From the NCBI GenBank assembly GCA_964558005.1, contig CAZLCO010000006.1:563-64562 (forward strand): 64,000 nt of DNA, in the 5' to 3' direction. How positions within the stretch are numbered: the stretch's first letter is position 1; each line of letters opens with the position of its first letter. Origin of the DNA: an uncultured Gammaproteobacteria bacterium. GTDB taxonomy: Bacteria > Cyanobacteriota > Vampirovibrionia > Gastranaerophilales > UBA9971. The notes under the pieces were generated by a model. The model was given only the letters and a program-made list of their open reading frames with translations, was not told the DNA's origin and did not search any database. Made by a program: the position numbers and the translations under genes. This document shows, piece after piece, positions 1 through 12,120 of this stretch.

Positions 1-1
1 T

Positions 2-139
2 AATGAAGTCAAACAGCGGGCTGATATGCTGTTGAGTTTTTCTGATATGACGTTCCCGCACCAGCTAATGCGTTTAATTCTGTTAGAGCAGCTGTACCGG
101 GCATTTAAAATTTTGAATAACGAGCCTTATCATAAGTAA
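2..139 (+). CDS. 3' end of an unidentified protein-coding gene (cut by window edge)
   Basis: Frame is open from the window edge, ending ...[28 protein letters not shown] with TAA at 137-139, followed by a hairpin terminator. 45 aa is too little to name a family. Confidence 0.35.
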   Translation, partial: NEVKQRADMLLSFSDMTFPHQLMRLILLEQLYRAFKILNNEPYHK

Positions 140-187
140 ATTAATTTTTTTAATTTTAGGTAGTGGTTGAAATTTGACTGATTTTAT

Positions 188-215
188 AAGTTCTTTTATC
201 TTTTAAGAACTTTTT
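188..215 (+). terminator. Rho-independent terminator-like hairpin
   Basis: AAGTTCTT (188-195) and AAGAACTT (205-212) form an inverted repeat followed directly by TTTT, about 50 nt after the upstream stop codon. Confidence 0.5.
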
Positions 216-286
216 GGGTTGGGTGTAGGGCGAAGCCCTACCCAAACTCTATTCCCCCTCCCTGGGGAGGGGGTCAGGGGGTGGGG
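213..286 (+). other. GC-rich structured spacer: two perfect hairpins plus a G-quadruplex-type motif
   Basis: Hairpin GTAGGGC-GAA-GCCCTAC at 225-241. Hairpin CCCCCTCC (254-261) / GGAGGGGG (266-273). G-tract series GGGG-A-GGGGG-TCA-GGGGG-T-GGGG at 264-286. Confidence 0.6.
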
Positions 287-359
287 TTAAAAATTAATTT
301 TATATTAATCAACTTAAAAATCTATAATAAAATAGTTGTAAAATTAATAAGGAGGAATT

Positions 360-776
360 ATGCCGATAATTACCGAAAAATTTAACCTCAGCACAAAAGG
401 ATTTACCCATATAATCGACATCACCCACAAAGTACAAGAAGCCATCAGGAAATATCGCCCCGAATCCGCACAGGTGCTGGTGTATGTGCCGGGCAGCACT
501 GTGTCAATCACTACCGTTGAATACGAGCCCGGCCTGTTAAAAGACCTGCCGGAAGCCTTTGAAAAATTTGCGCCGATGAATAAAACTTACCACCACGACG
601 AGACCTGGCACGACGGCAACGGTTACGCTCACGTGCGAGCATCTATCGTCGGTAATTCGGAATGCTTTCCGGTGGTGAACGGTGAGTTGGCACTCGGCAC
701 GTGGCAGCAGATTATACTAATTGATTTTGACAATAAACCTCGCACCCGTAATGTTTATGTGCAGATAGCGCATTAG
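360..776 (+). CDS. yjbQ: YjbQ/UPF0047 family protein (secondary thiamine-phosphate synthase family)
   Basis: 138 aa with full-length family-typical sequence (TKGFTHIIDIT..., HHDETWHDGNGYAHVRASIVG). GGAGG at 351-355 lies 4 nt before the ATG. Visibly more GC-rich than its surroundings. Confidence 0.8.
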   Translation: MPIITEKFNLSTKGFTHIIDITHKVQEAIRKYRPESAQVLVYVPGSTVSITTVEYEPGLLKDLPEAFEKFAPMNKTYHHDETWHDGNGYAHVRASIVGNSECFPVVNGELALGTWQQIILIDFDNKPRTRNVYVQIAH

Positions 777-967
777 ATATGTATGTGAATTTATTTATCT
801 TAAACATTGGCGCTGAAACGTTTTTTTGCGCTGGAAAATAAAAAGTCAATTTCTGATTGTCAATAATTTGCTTTTGTAATGTAGTGAGTTTAAAAATATC
901 ATCTACTACCAATTTTTTTAGTGGTACAATTTACTAAAATAAAGTCTAGTTCAAATCGGAGGTCGTT

Positions 968-3942
<2,975 letters not shown>

Positions 3943-4159
3943 TTTCTGATTATCAAAAATTAATTTTTGATTTCCAAGCACAGGTTTTTTTAAAATTTTT
4001 AGAAAATTTAAATTTTTTTTTCAACCCCACTTTCGTAATTTAATTTTTATTTTTTATATCAATTATTTGTGTTTTAAAGGGTTTTAGGGGTTTTTGGTTA
4101 AATTAATATGGTGGGGAAGTATTCACCTTGCTTGATTGTAAAACTAACTTTTCTCAAAA

Positions 4160-4186
4160 TCGAACGAAATCGAACGATTTCGAACG
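4160..4186. repeat. Three direct TCGAACG repeats with exact 10-bp phasing
   Basis: TCGAACG occurs at 4160, 4170 and 4180 (TCGAACGAAA TCGAACGATT TCGAACG), about 30 bp upstream of a promoter-like TTGCAA-17 nt-TAATAT at 4215-4243. Confidence 0.6.
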
Positions 4187-4314
4187 GTTTTTATATATTT
4201 TTTTAAGTGTTTTTTGCAAAACTATTTTAATACTTTTAATATATTATATTTATATATTAGTGTCAAGTGTGGAGATGCTGTCTTTGGGTGGGCAAATTTT
4301 GGACACCCAACAGG

Positions 4315-4416
4315 CTTTCAGCCTCTGCGAAATTTCGCTGTCTTGAAAATTCGCCATAAACGGCGTTACAGACGAAGGCTCCTCGCCCTCGTCTTTCAGC
4401 CTCTGCGAATTTTCGC
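4315..4416. repeat. Duplicated 24-nt hairpin-containing element
   Basis: CTTTCAGCCTCTGCGAAATTTCGC (4315-4338) and CTTTCAGCCTCTGCGAATTTTCGC (4393-4416) differ at 1 position. Each ends in a GCGAA-NN-TTCGC hairpin. Confidence 0.6.
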
Positions 4417-4449
4417 AAAAAAAACAAACTGTGAAAAACTCCCAGTTTG
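4417..4449 (-). terminator. Rho-independent terminator-like hairpin (minus strand)
   Basis: On the minus strand, CAAACTG, an 11-nt loop and CAGTTTG are followed by T8 (plus-strand A8 at 4417-4424), about 165 nt downstream of the 4613 stop. Confidence 0.45.
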
Positions 4450-4612
4450 TATAAATTACTCTCCCTTGTTCAGAGTTTTTGCCCGGAACTCCGATAACCG
4501 GTTTAATTTTACCCGAGCCCTATTACCGTTCTCATTTTTAAGTATTCCATATAAATGGAATTAACTCATTAACCCTCAAATCAATATCATATTAACCCGG
4601 AGGTTTAAATTT

Positions 4613-5524
4613 TTAATTAAAACTTAGTAAATGAATATCTACCTGATGTTCATCAAGCATATACAAGCCCTTGGGTGCAATTTTTATATCAAACAGGTCT
4701 TTTAGTCTGGAAATTTTATTTTTCAGTACTTCTGTAATAAGTACCTCCCTGTCACCACAAAGTTTTAATATCTTACTCGTCACAGAAAGGTCTGTATCTG
4801 CTGTTACAAGACTGTATCCACAACTACATGCGACTTCATAACTAAAAGTTGTATTTAATTCCGCTGTGCCTTTATTAATTTCGTTTATTCTCTGCCTTAA
4901 AAACTTTAGATACTGCAATAATCTTTCTTCATCAGTAAAAATAAAGTTATATATATCAGTCCCTGCATTAAATTTAGTGTATTCCTTGCCGGAAAACTTT
5001 TGTGCAAGATTAACAATAGAAGTCTGATATGAATCAACGAGTCCAATAGAAAACGGGCTGTCATCAGCTTTTACAAGATATTCTTCATGTTCCTGCGCTT
5101 TTATAATTTTTAGTATTAAATATATGATTTTATTTTTGTTCAGTTCCTCCTGAACTGACTGAACCTCTTTTTCTTTTTCTTTTTCTATCTCCCTACGGCT
5201 CATTTTTATTTTTAATTGAAAAATATTTTCCTCAATGATTTCAATTAATTTAACGCTGGCCATTGCGAGCAGCGCTGTCACTATTACAAGTCCGGCCAAA
5301 ACAAGGGCCGAATAGCTGAGACCCTGGTTGTCATATTTAAAAACAAAATCATAATTACTGTTAAGGGGCAAAAGCAGTGGTTCAATAAATATACCGAGAA
5401 ATCCTCTCAATGCCTTAATAAAAGAAAATTCCACAGGCATGATAACCCAGTATAAAATTACCAGCGGCAAGTACAACCACAAAAGCCCTTCAAATATTTT
5501 TATAAGTGTTTTTAAAAATTTCAT
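4613..5524 (-). CDS. Hypothetical membrane protein (N-terminal TM helices, charged coiled-coil linker, uncharacterised C-terminal domain)
   Basis: 303-aa ORF with hydrophobic N-terminal segments and an EKEKEKE linker. No family recognised. Confidence 0.55.
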   Translation of the reverse strand: MKFLKTLIKIFEGLLWLYLPLVILYWVIMPVEFSFIKALRGFLGIFIEPLLLPLNSNYDFVFKYDNQGLSYSALVLAGLVIVTALLAMASVKLIEIIEENIFQLKIKMSRREIEKEKEKEVQSVQEELNKNKIIYLILKIIKAQEHEEYLVKADDSPFSIGLVDSYQTSIVNLAQKFSGKEYTKFNAGTDIYNFIFTDEERLLQYLKFLRQRINEINKGTAELNTTFSYEVACSCGYSLVTADTDLSVTSKILKLCGDREVLITEVLKNKISRLKDLFDIKIAPKGLYMLDEHQVDIHLLSFN

Positions 5525-5658
5525 TTATATACTACTTTTTTATGTATTATTTGAGTATAATAAAAGATAACATAATTATATAAGAAACTCCAAAAATCTG
5601 TTAATATATAAAATAGAGTATTTTTATTCATTAGTTTGCAGAGAATAACAAGTAAAAA

Positions 5659-7494
5659 ATGTCATCTGACCCTTATAGTAAGATAAATAACGAAAAACAT
5701 AATACGATAATATTAACTGAAGAAAAATGTCAGGAAGATGAATCCTATATTTTAAAGGAAAAAGCTGTCTGGCGCGCTTTATTTGCAAACCTTGCAATTG
5801 TTGCTATTAAACTTATAAGCTGGTTTTTTAGTAAAAGTTCCGCCATGCTGGCAGAGGCTATACACTCGGCAGGGGATGCTTTTAACAGCCTGTGCCTTAT
5901 TATTGGCCTAAAAAGGTGCAAGAGGCCTGCTGACAGGTTCCATCCTTTTGGTTATGGCCTTGAAGCAAATGTATGGGCACTTTTTGCTTCAGCTTTCCTT
6001 TTAATAGGTACGTCTATAGCTCTTTATAGTGGAGGCGAGAAACTTTTTTATCATACAAATCATTCACAGGAACTTCTTGATCATTACCCGCTGATAGTTG
6101 TTACTCTTATAGCGAGTATTGCTTTTGAGATATGGGCTGTAATAAATGCTAGCAGGGCAGTTGTTTATGAAGCTGAAATAGAAGCAAACGGCAATATAGA
6201 TGCATTTTTAAAATCTATCAGTCTAATCGGAAAAATAAAAAGCCCTACTACTAAATTCGTGTGGTTTGAAGAAACAGCCGCTCTTACTGGTGTTATTATT
6301 GCGCTTGTGGCACTTACAATTTCAAAATTTTTCGTAGCCCCTTTATACGCACATATCCCGGATGCCATAGCGTCTATCCTTATAGGGTTTATACTCCTTG
6401 GCCTTGCGGTTTATTTGTTAAGATATAACGTAAATTTCCTTACAGGTACAGCAGCTAAACCTGATGTAGAGGAAAAAATTAAAAAAATAGCCGATACCAC
6501 CACAGGTATTTCAAAGGTTATAGGTTTAAAAACTATGGATATGGGACATTCCGGGCTTATAATAAACCTTGAAATAGAGGTTGACCCTGAAATACAGGTA
6601 AAAGACGCCGACGATATAGCTGACAAACTCGAAGCAAAGCTCACTGAAAAAATTAAAAACGTTTCTCATATTACCATAGAAGTTCAGGCTAATGATTTTG
6701 AAGAGGACTGGCAGGAAAAATTTGACAAAATCATTGAGGTTGGAAAGCAGAACGAAATTCTTAACCCTACAGAAGCTAAAATGCTCTCTCGGTTCTTTGA
6801 TTTTACGGATACAGTAGTTGACGAAATTATGGTGCCCCGTACCGATGTGCATTTTATAAGCGCAGACGCTACGGTTGATGAGCTTATTGAACTCATTATA
6901 TCTTCGGGGCACACAAGAATACCTGTTTACGAGGAAGACATTGATGATATTTTAGGAATAGTAAACGCAAAAGACGTTCTTAAGGTTATCAGGAACTGCG
7001 AAAACAAGGACATTATAGACATTAGGGACCTCACGAGAGAAGTTACGATTGTCCCGGAAAATAAGGCTATTAGCAGCCTTTTAAATGACTTTATAAGGCA
7101 AAAAGCCCAGATGTCCATAGTAGTAGATGAGCATGGCGGTGTGGCGGGTATAGTTACAGTAGAGGATATCCTGGAGGAAATAGTCGGCGAAATCTGGGAC
7201 GAATATGATGTTCAGATACCGGAAGTTATAAAGATAGACAATAACACCATCAGCGTATATTCAAAAATGGATGTTTACGATTTGAATGAAAAATACAACC
7301 TTGACCTTCCCACGGAAGAATTCCAGACAATTGGCGGGCTTATTTTCGGGCAGATAGGAAGAGAGCCCGAAGTCGGCGATGAAGTCGTTGTTGGGGAAAT
7401 AAAAATGAAAGTGGAAAGCATGGACGGCCACAAAATAGTCAGGGCTTCTTTACACAGGGAAGAAGGGTTTGTTGATACACAGCAGAATAAATAA
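5659..7494 (+). CDS. Fusion protein: cation diffusion facilitator (CDF) transporter + CBS pair + CorC/HlyC C-terminal domain
   Basis: 611 aa. The N-terminus has CDF-type TM helices with AIHSAGDAFNS and a cytoplasmic CDF dimerisation-like segment. It is followed by IMVPRTDV...GHTRIPVY...ILGIVNAKD (CorC-type CBS pair) and a C-terminal transporter-associated domain. Confidence 0.75.
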   Translation: MSSDPYSKINNEKHNTIILTEEKCQEDESYILKEKAVWRALFANLAIVAIKLISWFFSKSSAMLAEAIHSAGDAFNSLCLIIGLKRCKRPADRFHPFGYGLEANVWALFASAFLLIGTSIALYSGGEKLFYHTNHSQELLDHYPLIVVTLIASIAFEIWAVINASRAVVYEAEIEANGNIDAFLKSISLIGKIKSPTTKFVWFEETAALTGVIIALVALTISKFFVAPLYAHIPDAIASILIGFILLGLAVYLLRYNVNFLTGTAAKPDVEEKIKKIADTTTGISKVIGLKTMDMGHSGLIINLEIEVDPEIQVKDADDIADKLEAKLTEKIKNVSHITIEVQANDFEEDWQEKFDKIIEVGKQNEILNPTEAKMLSRFFDFTDTVVDEIMVPRTDVHFISADATVDELIELIISSGHTRIPVYEEDIDDILGIVNAKDVLKVIRNCENKDIIDIRDLTREVTIVPENKAISSLLNDFIRQKAQMSIVVDEHGGVAGIVTVEDILEEIVGEIWDEYDVQIPEVIKIDNNTISVYSKMDVYDLNEKYNLDLPTEEFQTIGGLIFGQIGREPEVGDEVVVGEIKMKVESMDGHKIVRASLHREEGFVDTQQNK

Positions 7495-7546
7495 TATTGA
7501 CGAATATATCTGTGCGTGATAATTTATTTTTACATCCGCTAAACAA

Positions 7547-7622
7547 GGGCGTTTAGCTCAGTTGGTAGAGCGCTTCGCTTACACCGAAGATGTCGGGAGT
7601 TCGAGTCTCTCAACGCCCACCA
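7547..7622 (+). tRNA. tRNA-Val (anticodon UAC), CCA encoded
   Basis: Cloverleaf parsed by hand: acceptor GGGCGTT/AACGCCC, anticodon arm CTTCG-CTTACAC-CGAAG, T arm GGGAG-TTCGAGT-CTCTC, then ACCA. Confidence 0.93.
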
Positions 7623-7629
7623 TAAAAAA

Positions 7630-7654
7630 GCCGGTTTTAAAAACCGGCTTTTTT
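7630..7654 (+). terminator. Rho-independent terminator after tRNA-Val
   Basis: GCCGGTTT / AAACCGGC hairpin followed by TTTTTT. Confidence 0.8.
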
Positions 7655-7791
7655 GTTTTTTTAGATTTAACTTTAAAATAATCACCCTTAATATCACCCT
7701 TACAGGCGAACAATTTTTTTATTAATTAAAACTTTTACATTATATACGCTATATATATTAAATATTTAAATGTTTTAATTTTTTATCGGAG

Positions 7792-8604
7792 ATGTTTTCA
7801 ATGGATTCATGTTTAGTTAATAGCCATAATTTTGATAAAACTAATACTATTGTCAGCCAGTTTGATTTAAACATAGACTTAAACAATATTCGAAAATATT
7901 TATTAGCTCTTTTATTTGAAGATAAGTACTTTTCTATTCAAAAATTTTCTGACAACACAAAAACATATACACAGGAACACTTTTATTATTTCCTGAAAAG
8001 AAAAATAAACTGGCAGAAAATCTTTTGCCGGCTTGCAAAACTTGTATTCACCCTATTTAGTGTATTTGGTTTTTATCTTGCAGCGGATTCAATTCCTTTA
8101 AAACAGGATTCTGAACATAATAACGAAATAATAGAACTGTACCTAACTAATGGGACTATCTATATACCTTTATTATTCGATGTCTGGGTTAGCCCTGAAA
8201 AATCCAGAGAAAACAATTACAGGACAAAACAGGAAATCCTCATGAATATGCTTAAGAAATTTCAGTCCTTTAAAATACCTGTAAACACAATAATGTTTGA
8301 CAGTTTATTTAATTCAAAAGATTTTCTGGAGTGGCTAAACGAAAATGAATTTAATTATATAACAGGAATAAAGCCAGAAATGTCTCACAGGATATCAAAA
8401 CAAAAGTTGGGAATAGACAAATTCCCGCTTAAAGACTGGGAAAAATTTATTAACCATGTCGGATTTGTTTGCCTGTCTTATTCACTGCTAACAATACTTC
8501 ATGAAAAATTTGCGCCTTCTATCGGGGATATAAAGTTTAATTTACAGGACGAGATTTGCGGCATTTCAAGATTTGCCAATTATGAGCAAAAATTAGCTTC
8601 CTGA
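7792..8604 (+). pseudogene. Degenerate IS4/IS701-like DDE transposase remnant
   Basis: 270 aa with transposase-like blocks (YLAADSIPLKQD..., IMFDSLFNSKDFLEWLNENEFNYITGIK), but too short and lacking a recognisable third catalytic block. Lies next to a tRNA. Confidence 0.45.
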
Positions 8605-8737
8605 ATTTTCTTTTAAAAAATCTATAGACATGAATTTAAAGTGTTTCTTCGTTATGTTAATATATAAATTATTAATTTTAATATAATAACTAAAATAACT
8701 ATAAAAAACTGAATAGTAAGTGAAAGGCTATAAGGGT

Positions 8738-9205
8738 ATGAATAAAAAAATAGTTATAATTATTTCTTCTGTATTAGCTGTTGTTGTTCTGGCTATTATT
8801 TTGTTCCTGATATTTGGACCTAACGACAAAAAAACGCTGCTGGAAACAGGGAACTGTCCTGGTTGTAATCTTTCTAAAGCTGATCTTTCAGGGGAAATGC
8901 TTAAAGGAGCTGACCTTTCAGGAGCAAACTTAACAGAAGCAGATTTGTCTGTTGCCAATCTATCCAAAGCAAATTTTAAAAATGCAAAACTCAGTGGAGC
9001 AAATCTCTCGAGGGCTGATCTGCGGAGTGCTAATTTTACAAATGCTGATCTAAGTAACGTTGACCTTTCAAGAGCCAATTTATGGAATGCAAATCTTACA
9101 GGCGCTGAATTGACCGGAGTAAATCTATCCGGCACTAACTTAAGTTTTGCAAGATGGACAAATGGCAGAAAATGCCAAAACAGCTCTATTGGAGTCTGTA
9201 AATAG
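8738..9205 (+). CDS. Membrane-anchored pentapeptide-repeat protein
   Basis: N-terminal TM helix followed by about 20 A(D/N)LSxA(N/D)L(S/T)x repeats. ATG at 8738 is preferred over GTG at 8720. Confidence 0.85.
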   Translation: MNKKIVIIISSVLAVVVLAIILFLIFGPNDKKTLLETGNCPGCNLSKADLSGEMLKGADLSGANLTEADLSVANLSKANFKNAKLSGANLSRADLRSANFTNADLSNVDLSRANLWNANLTGAELTGVNLSGTNLSFARWTNGRKCQNSSIGVCK

Positions 9206-9219
9206 TTATTAAAAAACTA

Positions 9220-9585
9220 TTATAGATTATCAGATAAAGTCACACTAACTTTTCCGACATCTTTGCTGATAAGTTCGACAATGATTTTGTTTAATCCTTC
9301 CTGCAGCTCGAGACAGCTCTGTATTACGCAGGTAATTTCATCATTCATCTTAAAACACATAGGGTTGTCAGCTGAAATGCTTTCAGCTACTATTGCAACA
9401 CCTGACTTGATAATCTTGATCATTGAGGAATTGTACATATCATCATTAATTTTTACATAATTAATTCCTGTAACAATTCCCGGGCCAATAATGTTTTTCA
9501 GGTCAAATGCTATACCTTCGTTTGTTTCTCGCAGGCTGCCTTTCTGGTAAACTCTTTTGAGTATAAATTCTGGTAAAATGTTCAC
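9220..9585 (-). CDS. Hypothetical protein
   Basis: 121-aa ORF lying 27 nt downstream of, and co-directional with, the GH35 gene. No family recognised. Confidence 0.5.
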   Translation of the reverse strand: MNILPEFILKRVYQKGSLRETNEGIAFDLKNIIGPGIVTGINYVKINDDMYNSSMIKIIKSGVAIVAESISADNPMCFKMNDEITCVIQSCLELQEGLNKIIVELISKDVGKVSVTLSDNL

Positions 9586-9612
9586 TTTTTGTGCCCCCTA
9601 TATTGTAACTCC

Positions 9613-12015
9613 TCAGATTAGCTCTCTCACAGGAATTAATTTATATGTTTTTATATTTCTTATTATTATTTTAACATATTCTTGAACATTTTTACACCCT
9701 TTTTCACCAAAATTATTAGGTCTTATATCCCATACAACAAGAGATATAGTATTTTTTTCTTCTAAAAAGCCTTCAAGTAAGTAAAAAGCATCCTGTTTGC
9801 TTTTATTTTTCCAAAACCTGCCTATTAAATTTCCGTTCAAATATATATCAGCCTTTTCACAGGGGAAATTAGCCAGGTCTAAAACCAGCGGATTATATAC
9901 ATTATTGTCATGTTTGTATTCAAAACTTGAACAAAGGTATGAAATATATGAATTTTCCGATTCTGTTTCTATATCTTCAGGAATAGAGTTAAACCATTCT
10001 TCCGCTACAGGCGTAAGTCCTCCTTTTATCTGCCATTGAATATCTTTTTCCGGGAAAGTCTTAACGGAAATAATGCCTCTGGGAGTTCTGAGTTCGTTCT
10101 GGAAACCCCTGTCAAATCCCAGGTTCTGTACTAATACTGTAATTTCGTTTAAAAGACTTTTTTCGTTGAAATAACTGCTGTCAATATTGAATGCAATAGT
10201 TTCCGGCACTTCTGAGCCCTCAACGCTTCTTGTGCAGTCGTGATAAAAAACCTGCCTGCCGTTGATATAAATCGCATAGCAGTGCTTGGCATTTATTTCC
10301 ATACTGTCAATGTGACCGTGGAAAGAGCCCTTATACCAGATATAATCATTAGTTATTTCATTTGTTATACAGTCCAGGTTTCCTTCCTGCGGATAGTCCC
10401 AGCTCGAATAATCATACATCATATCGATTTCAGGACTTGCATTAAAACACTTCCATTCGGACAGTTCAGGCTGTTTGATTTCTTCGTTGCAGAAAACCGC
10501 CGCTTTTTCAAGGTTGTCAGTTAAAAAATCCGCCCCAAATACTATATTATTATCAACAATCCATGTTCTGTCAGCGGTAGCTTCCTTTAAAAACAGAAAC
10601 TCTGTATTGCCGAAACTGCGTCTTGAAAGGTCCTCAACATCATCACCCTTTATAATATAATGCGTTTCTCCAGCGGTTATTTTCAGCTCATTATTTTTTT
10701 CGATTAATATAAGCACTGTTTCGTTATCACCTTCAGTTACCCTGCCGAAAATTGACATACCACAAAAGTCTATTTTACAGCCCTTTAATTCCAGGTTAAT
10801 TGGCAGTATTTTCATATCCATCGGGTTAACAGTAAGCTTGTGCTCTCCCCAGAGGTTAAATTTCCTTGCTTCTTTATTAAGGTTTCTGATAAATAACCAT
10901 TTACAGCTGTTTATATTGTCCTTTCTAAGGACGGCAAACACATTTTCGTTCTCTATATCAATCGTATCCGGTTCAGTTGATGCGAGGTTAAAGGCATTCA
11001 GGAAATAATTGATTTCTTTTGCCTTAAAATAATTTCCTTTAGGTATTCCGATTTCAGATACAGGGGCGGCAAAATCATAGGAAGTATAAACCTCACAGCT
11101 TGCGAGCCTGTCCCAGGAAGTTCCCCCGCAGCCCATATAATGGTTAAACATTGTTATACCCTGCGATAATGCTGTTTTAGTCACTATATTAATATGTTCC
11201 CTGCCCAGCAGCCTTCTTATATGTCTATATCCGGGGCCGTTCCACCTGTCATACCAACCGGCCTGCAATTCCGCCACAAATAGCGGTGCATTTTCGCTGG
11301 CACCGCCAAGATTTTCTTCTGCATGGTCAAGCACTCCGAATGAATCCGGAAAATCCCGCCAGTCATAAAGCATATTTATTGCCGGATAGGTATCAAAGGC
11401 GTAAATATTTACTATATCTGAATACAGTCCAACCCCCAACACATCATTATGAAATATCGGAGCTCTTATCCCCATAGAGCGGGCCATATCATAGAGTTCC
11501 TGCATATAGTCGGGCTCTGCCTGATTTGTAAAATATTCGTTTTCTATCTGGAAAGCGATAATATTATGATATTCATTTAATATAGGTATAATCCTTGAAT
11601 ACCATTCCTTTAAGTATTTCATATAGACTTTTGAATAAATAAAATCCCCGCCTTCCCTGTTTCTTATTTTTATGTCAGGAATATTCAAAAGCCAGGTTGG
11701 CAAACCGCCGAGCGACACCTCTGCGTTTATATACGGCCCGGGGCGAGCGATAACAAACAAGCCGAGTTCAGCGGCTATATCAAGCAATGCGCGGACATCT
11801 CTGACACCGGTAAAATCATATACTCCCGGCGCTTTTGAGTGGTATCCCCAGCAAAAATAAATATCAACGGCATTATATCCGCACGCTTTCAGCTTACTCA
11901 GCCTGTCACGCCACATATTCTGTCCCGGCATACGGAAATAGTGAATAGCGGCGCTCTTTATGAGCGTCCTTTTGTTATCAATTATAAGCGAGTATTTGTC
12001 ATAATCTAAAAGCAT
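9613..12015 (-). CDS. Glycoside hydrolase family 35 beta-galactosidase-like protein
   Basis: 800 aa with an N-terminal TIM-barrel typical of GH35 (RPGPYINAE, FQIENEYF acid/base motif) and C-terminal beta-sandwich regions. Confidence 0.8.
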   Translation of the reverse strand: MLLDYDKYSLIIDNKRTLIKSAAIHYFRMPGQNMWRDRLSKLKACGYNAVDIYFCWGYHSKAPGVYDFTGVRDVRALLDIAAELGLFVIARPGPYINAEVSLGGLPTWLLNIPDIKIRNREGGDFIYSKVYMKYLKEWYSRIIPILNEYHNIIAFQIENEYFTNQAEPDYMQELYDMARSMGIRAPIFHNDVLGVGLYSDIVNIYAFDTYPAINMLYDWRDFPDSFGVLDHAEENLGGASENAPLFVAELQAGWYDRWNGPGYRHIRRLLGREHINIVTKTALSQGITMFNHYMGCGGTSWDRLASCEVYTSYDFAAPVSEIGIPKGNYFKAKEINYFLNAFNLASTEPDTIDIENENVFAVLRKDNINSCKWLFIRNLNKEARKFNLWGEHKLTVNPMDMKILPINLELKGCKIDFCGMSIFGRVTEGDNETVLILIEKNNELKITAGETHYIIKGDDVEDLSRRSFGNTEFLFLKEATADRTWIVDNNIVFGADFLTDNLEKAAVFCNEEIKQPELSEWKCFNASPEIDMMYDYSSWDYPQEGNLDCITNEITNDYIWYKGSFHGHIDSMEINAKHCYAIYINGRQVFYHDCTRSVEGSEVPETIAFNIDSSYFNEKSLLNEITVLVQNLGFDRGFQNELRTPRGIISVKTFPEKDIQWQIKGGLTPVAEEWFNSIPEDIETESENSYISYLCSSFEYKHDNNVYNPLVLDLANFPCEKADIYLNGNLIGRFWKNKSKQDAFYLLEGFLEEKNTISLVVWDIRPNNFGEKGCKNVQEYVKIIIRNIKTYKLIPVRELI

Positions 12016-12120
12016 AATTTAAGTATATATAATATCGTACTTTTTAGAAACCTTCTTTAATTATATGATTATTTTTTAAAAGAATGTAAGACATTTTGAG
12101 AATTTTAACCAACAGAATTA

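Noticed and set aside
213..359. TPP riboswitch upstream of yjbQ, and T-box or lysine-riboswitch leaders upstream of lysS (777-967)
   Set aside because: I could not find the conserved TPP (CUGAGA / ACCUGAUCUGGAUAAUGCCAGCG-like), T-box or L-box sequence elements. The GC-rich structure lies upstream of the likely promoter rather than in the leader.
4160..4416. Possible CRISPR array (also considered for 29462-29484 and 33190-33213)
   Set aside because: The repeats are only 7-24 nt, number 2-3 copies, and have no regular repeat-spacer architecture. No cas genes are present in the window.
4128..4564. Two overlapping plus-strand ORFs (72 and 116 aa) in the guaB-downstream spacer
   Set aside because: There is no RBS. 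The translations are low-complexity, and they run through the direct repeats, hairpins and a minus-strand terminator. The region is treated as non-coding and possibly RNA or regulatory.
4613..5100. C-terminal domain of the 303-aa membrane protein as a class III nucleotide cyclase homology domain
   Set aside because: There is only a loose secondary-structure-like resemblance. The metal-binding Asp pair and substrate-specifying residues are not identifiable, so the call is not supportable without profile or structure searches.
8728..9135. 135-aa minus-strand ORF opposite the pentapeptide-repeat gene
   Set aside because: The 15-nt periodic repeat keeps several frames open on both strands. The plus-strand frame has the canonical A(D/N)LSxx pattern, a TM anchor and a sensible start, whereas the antisense frame does not.
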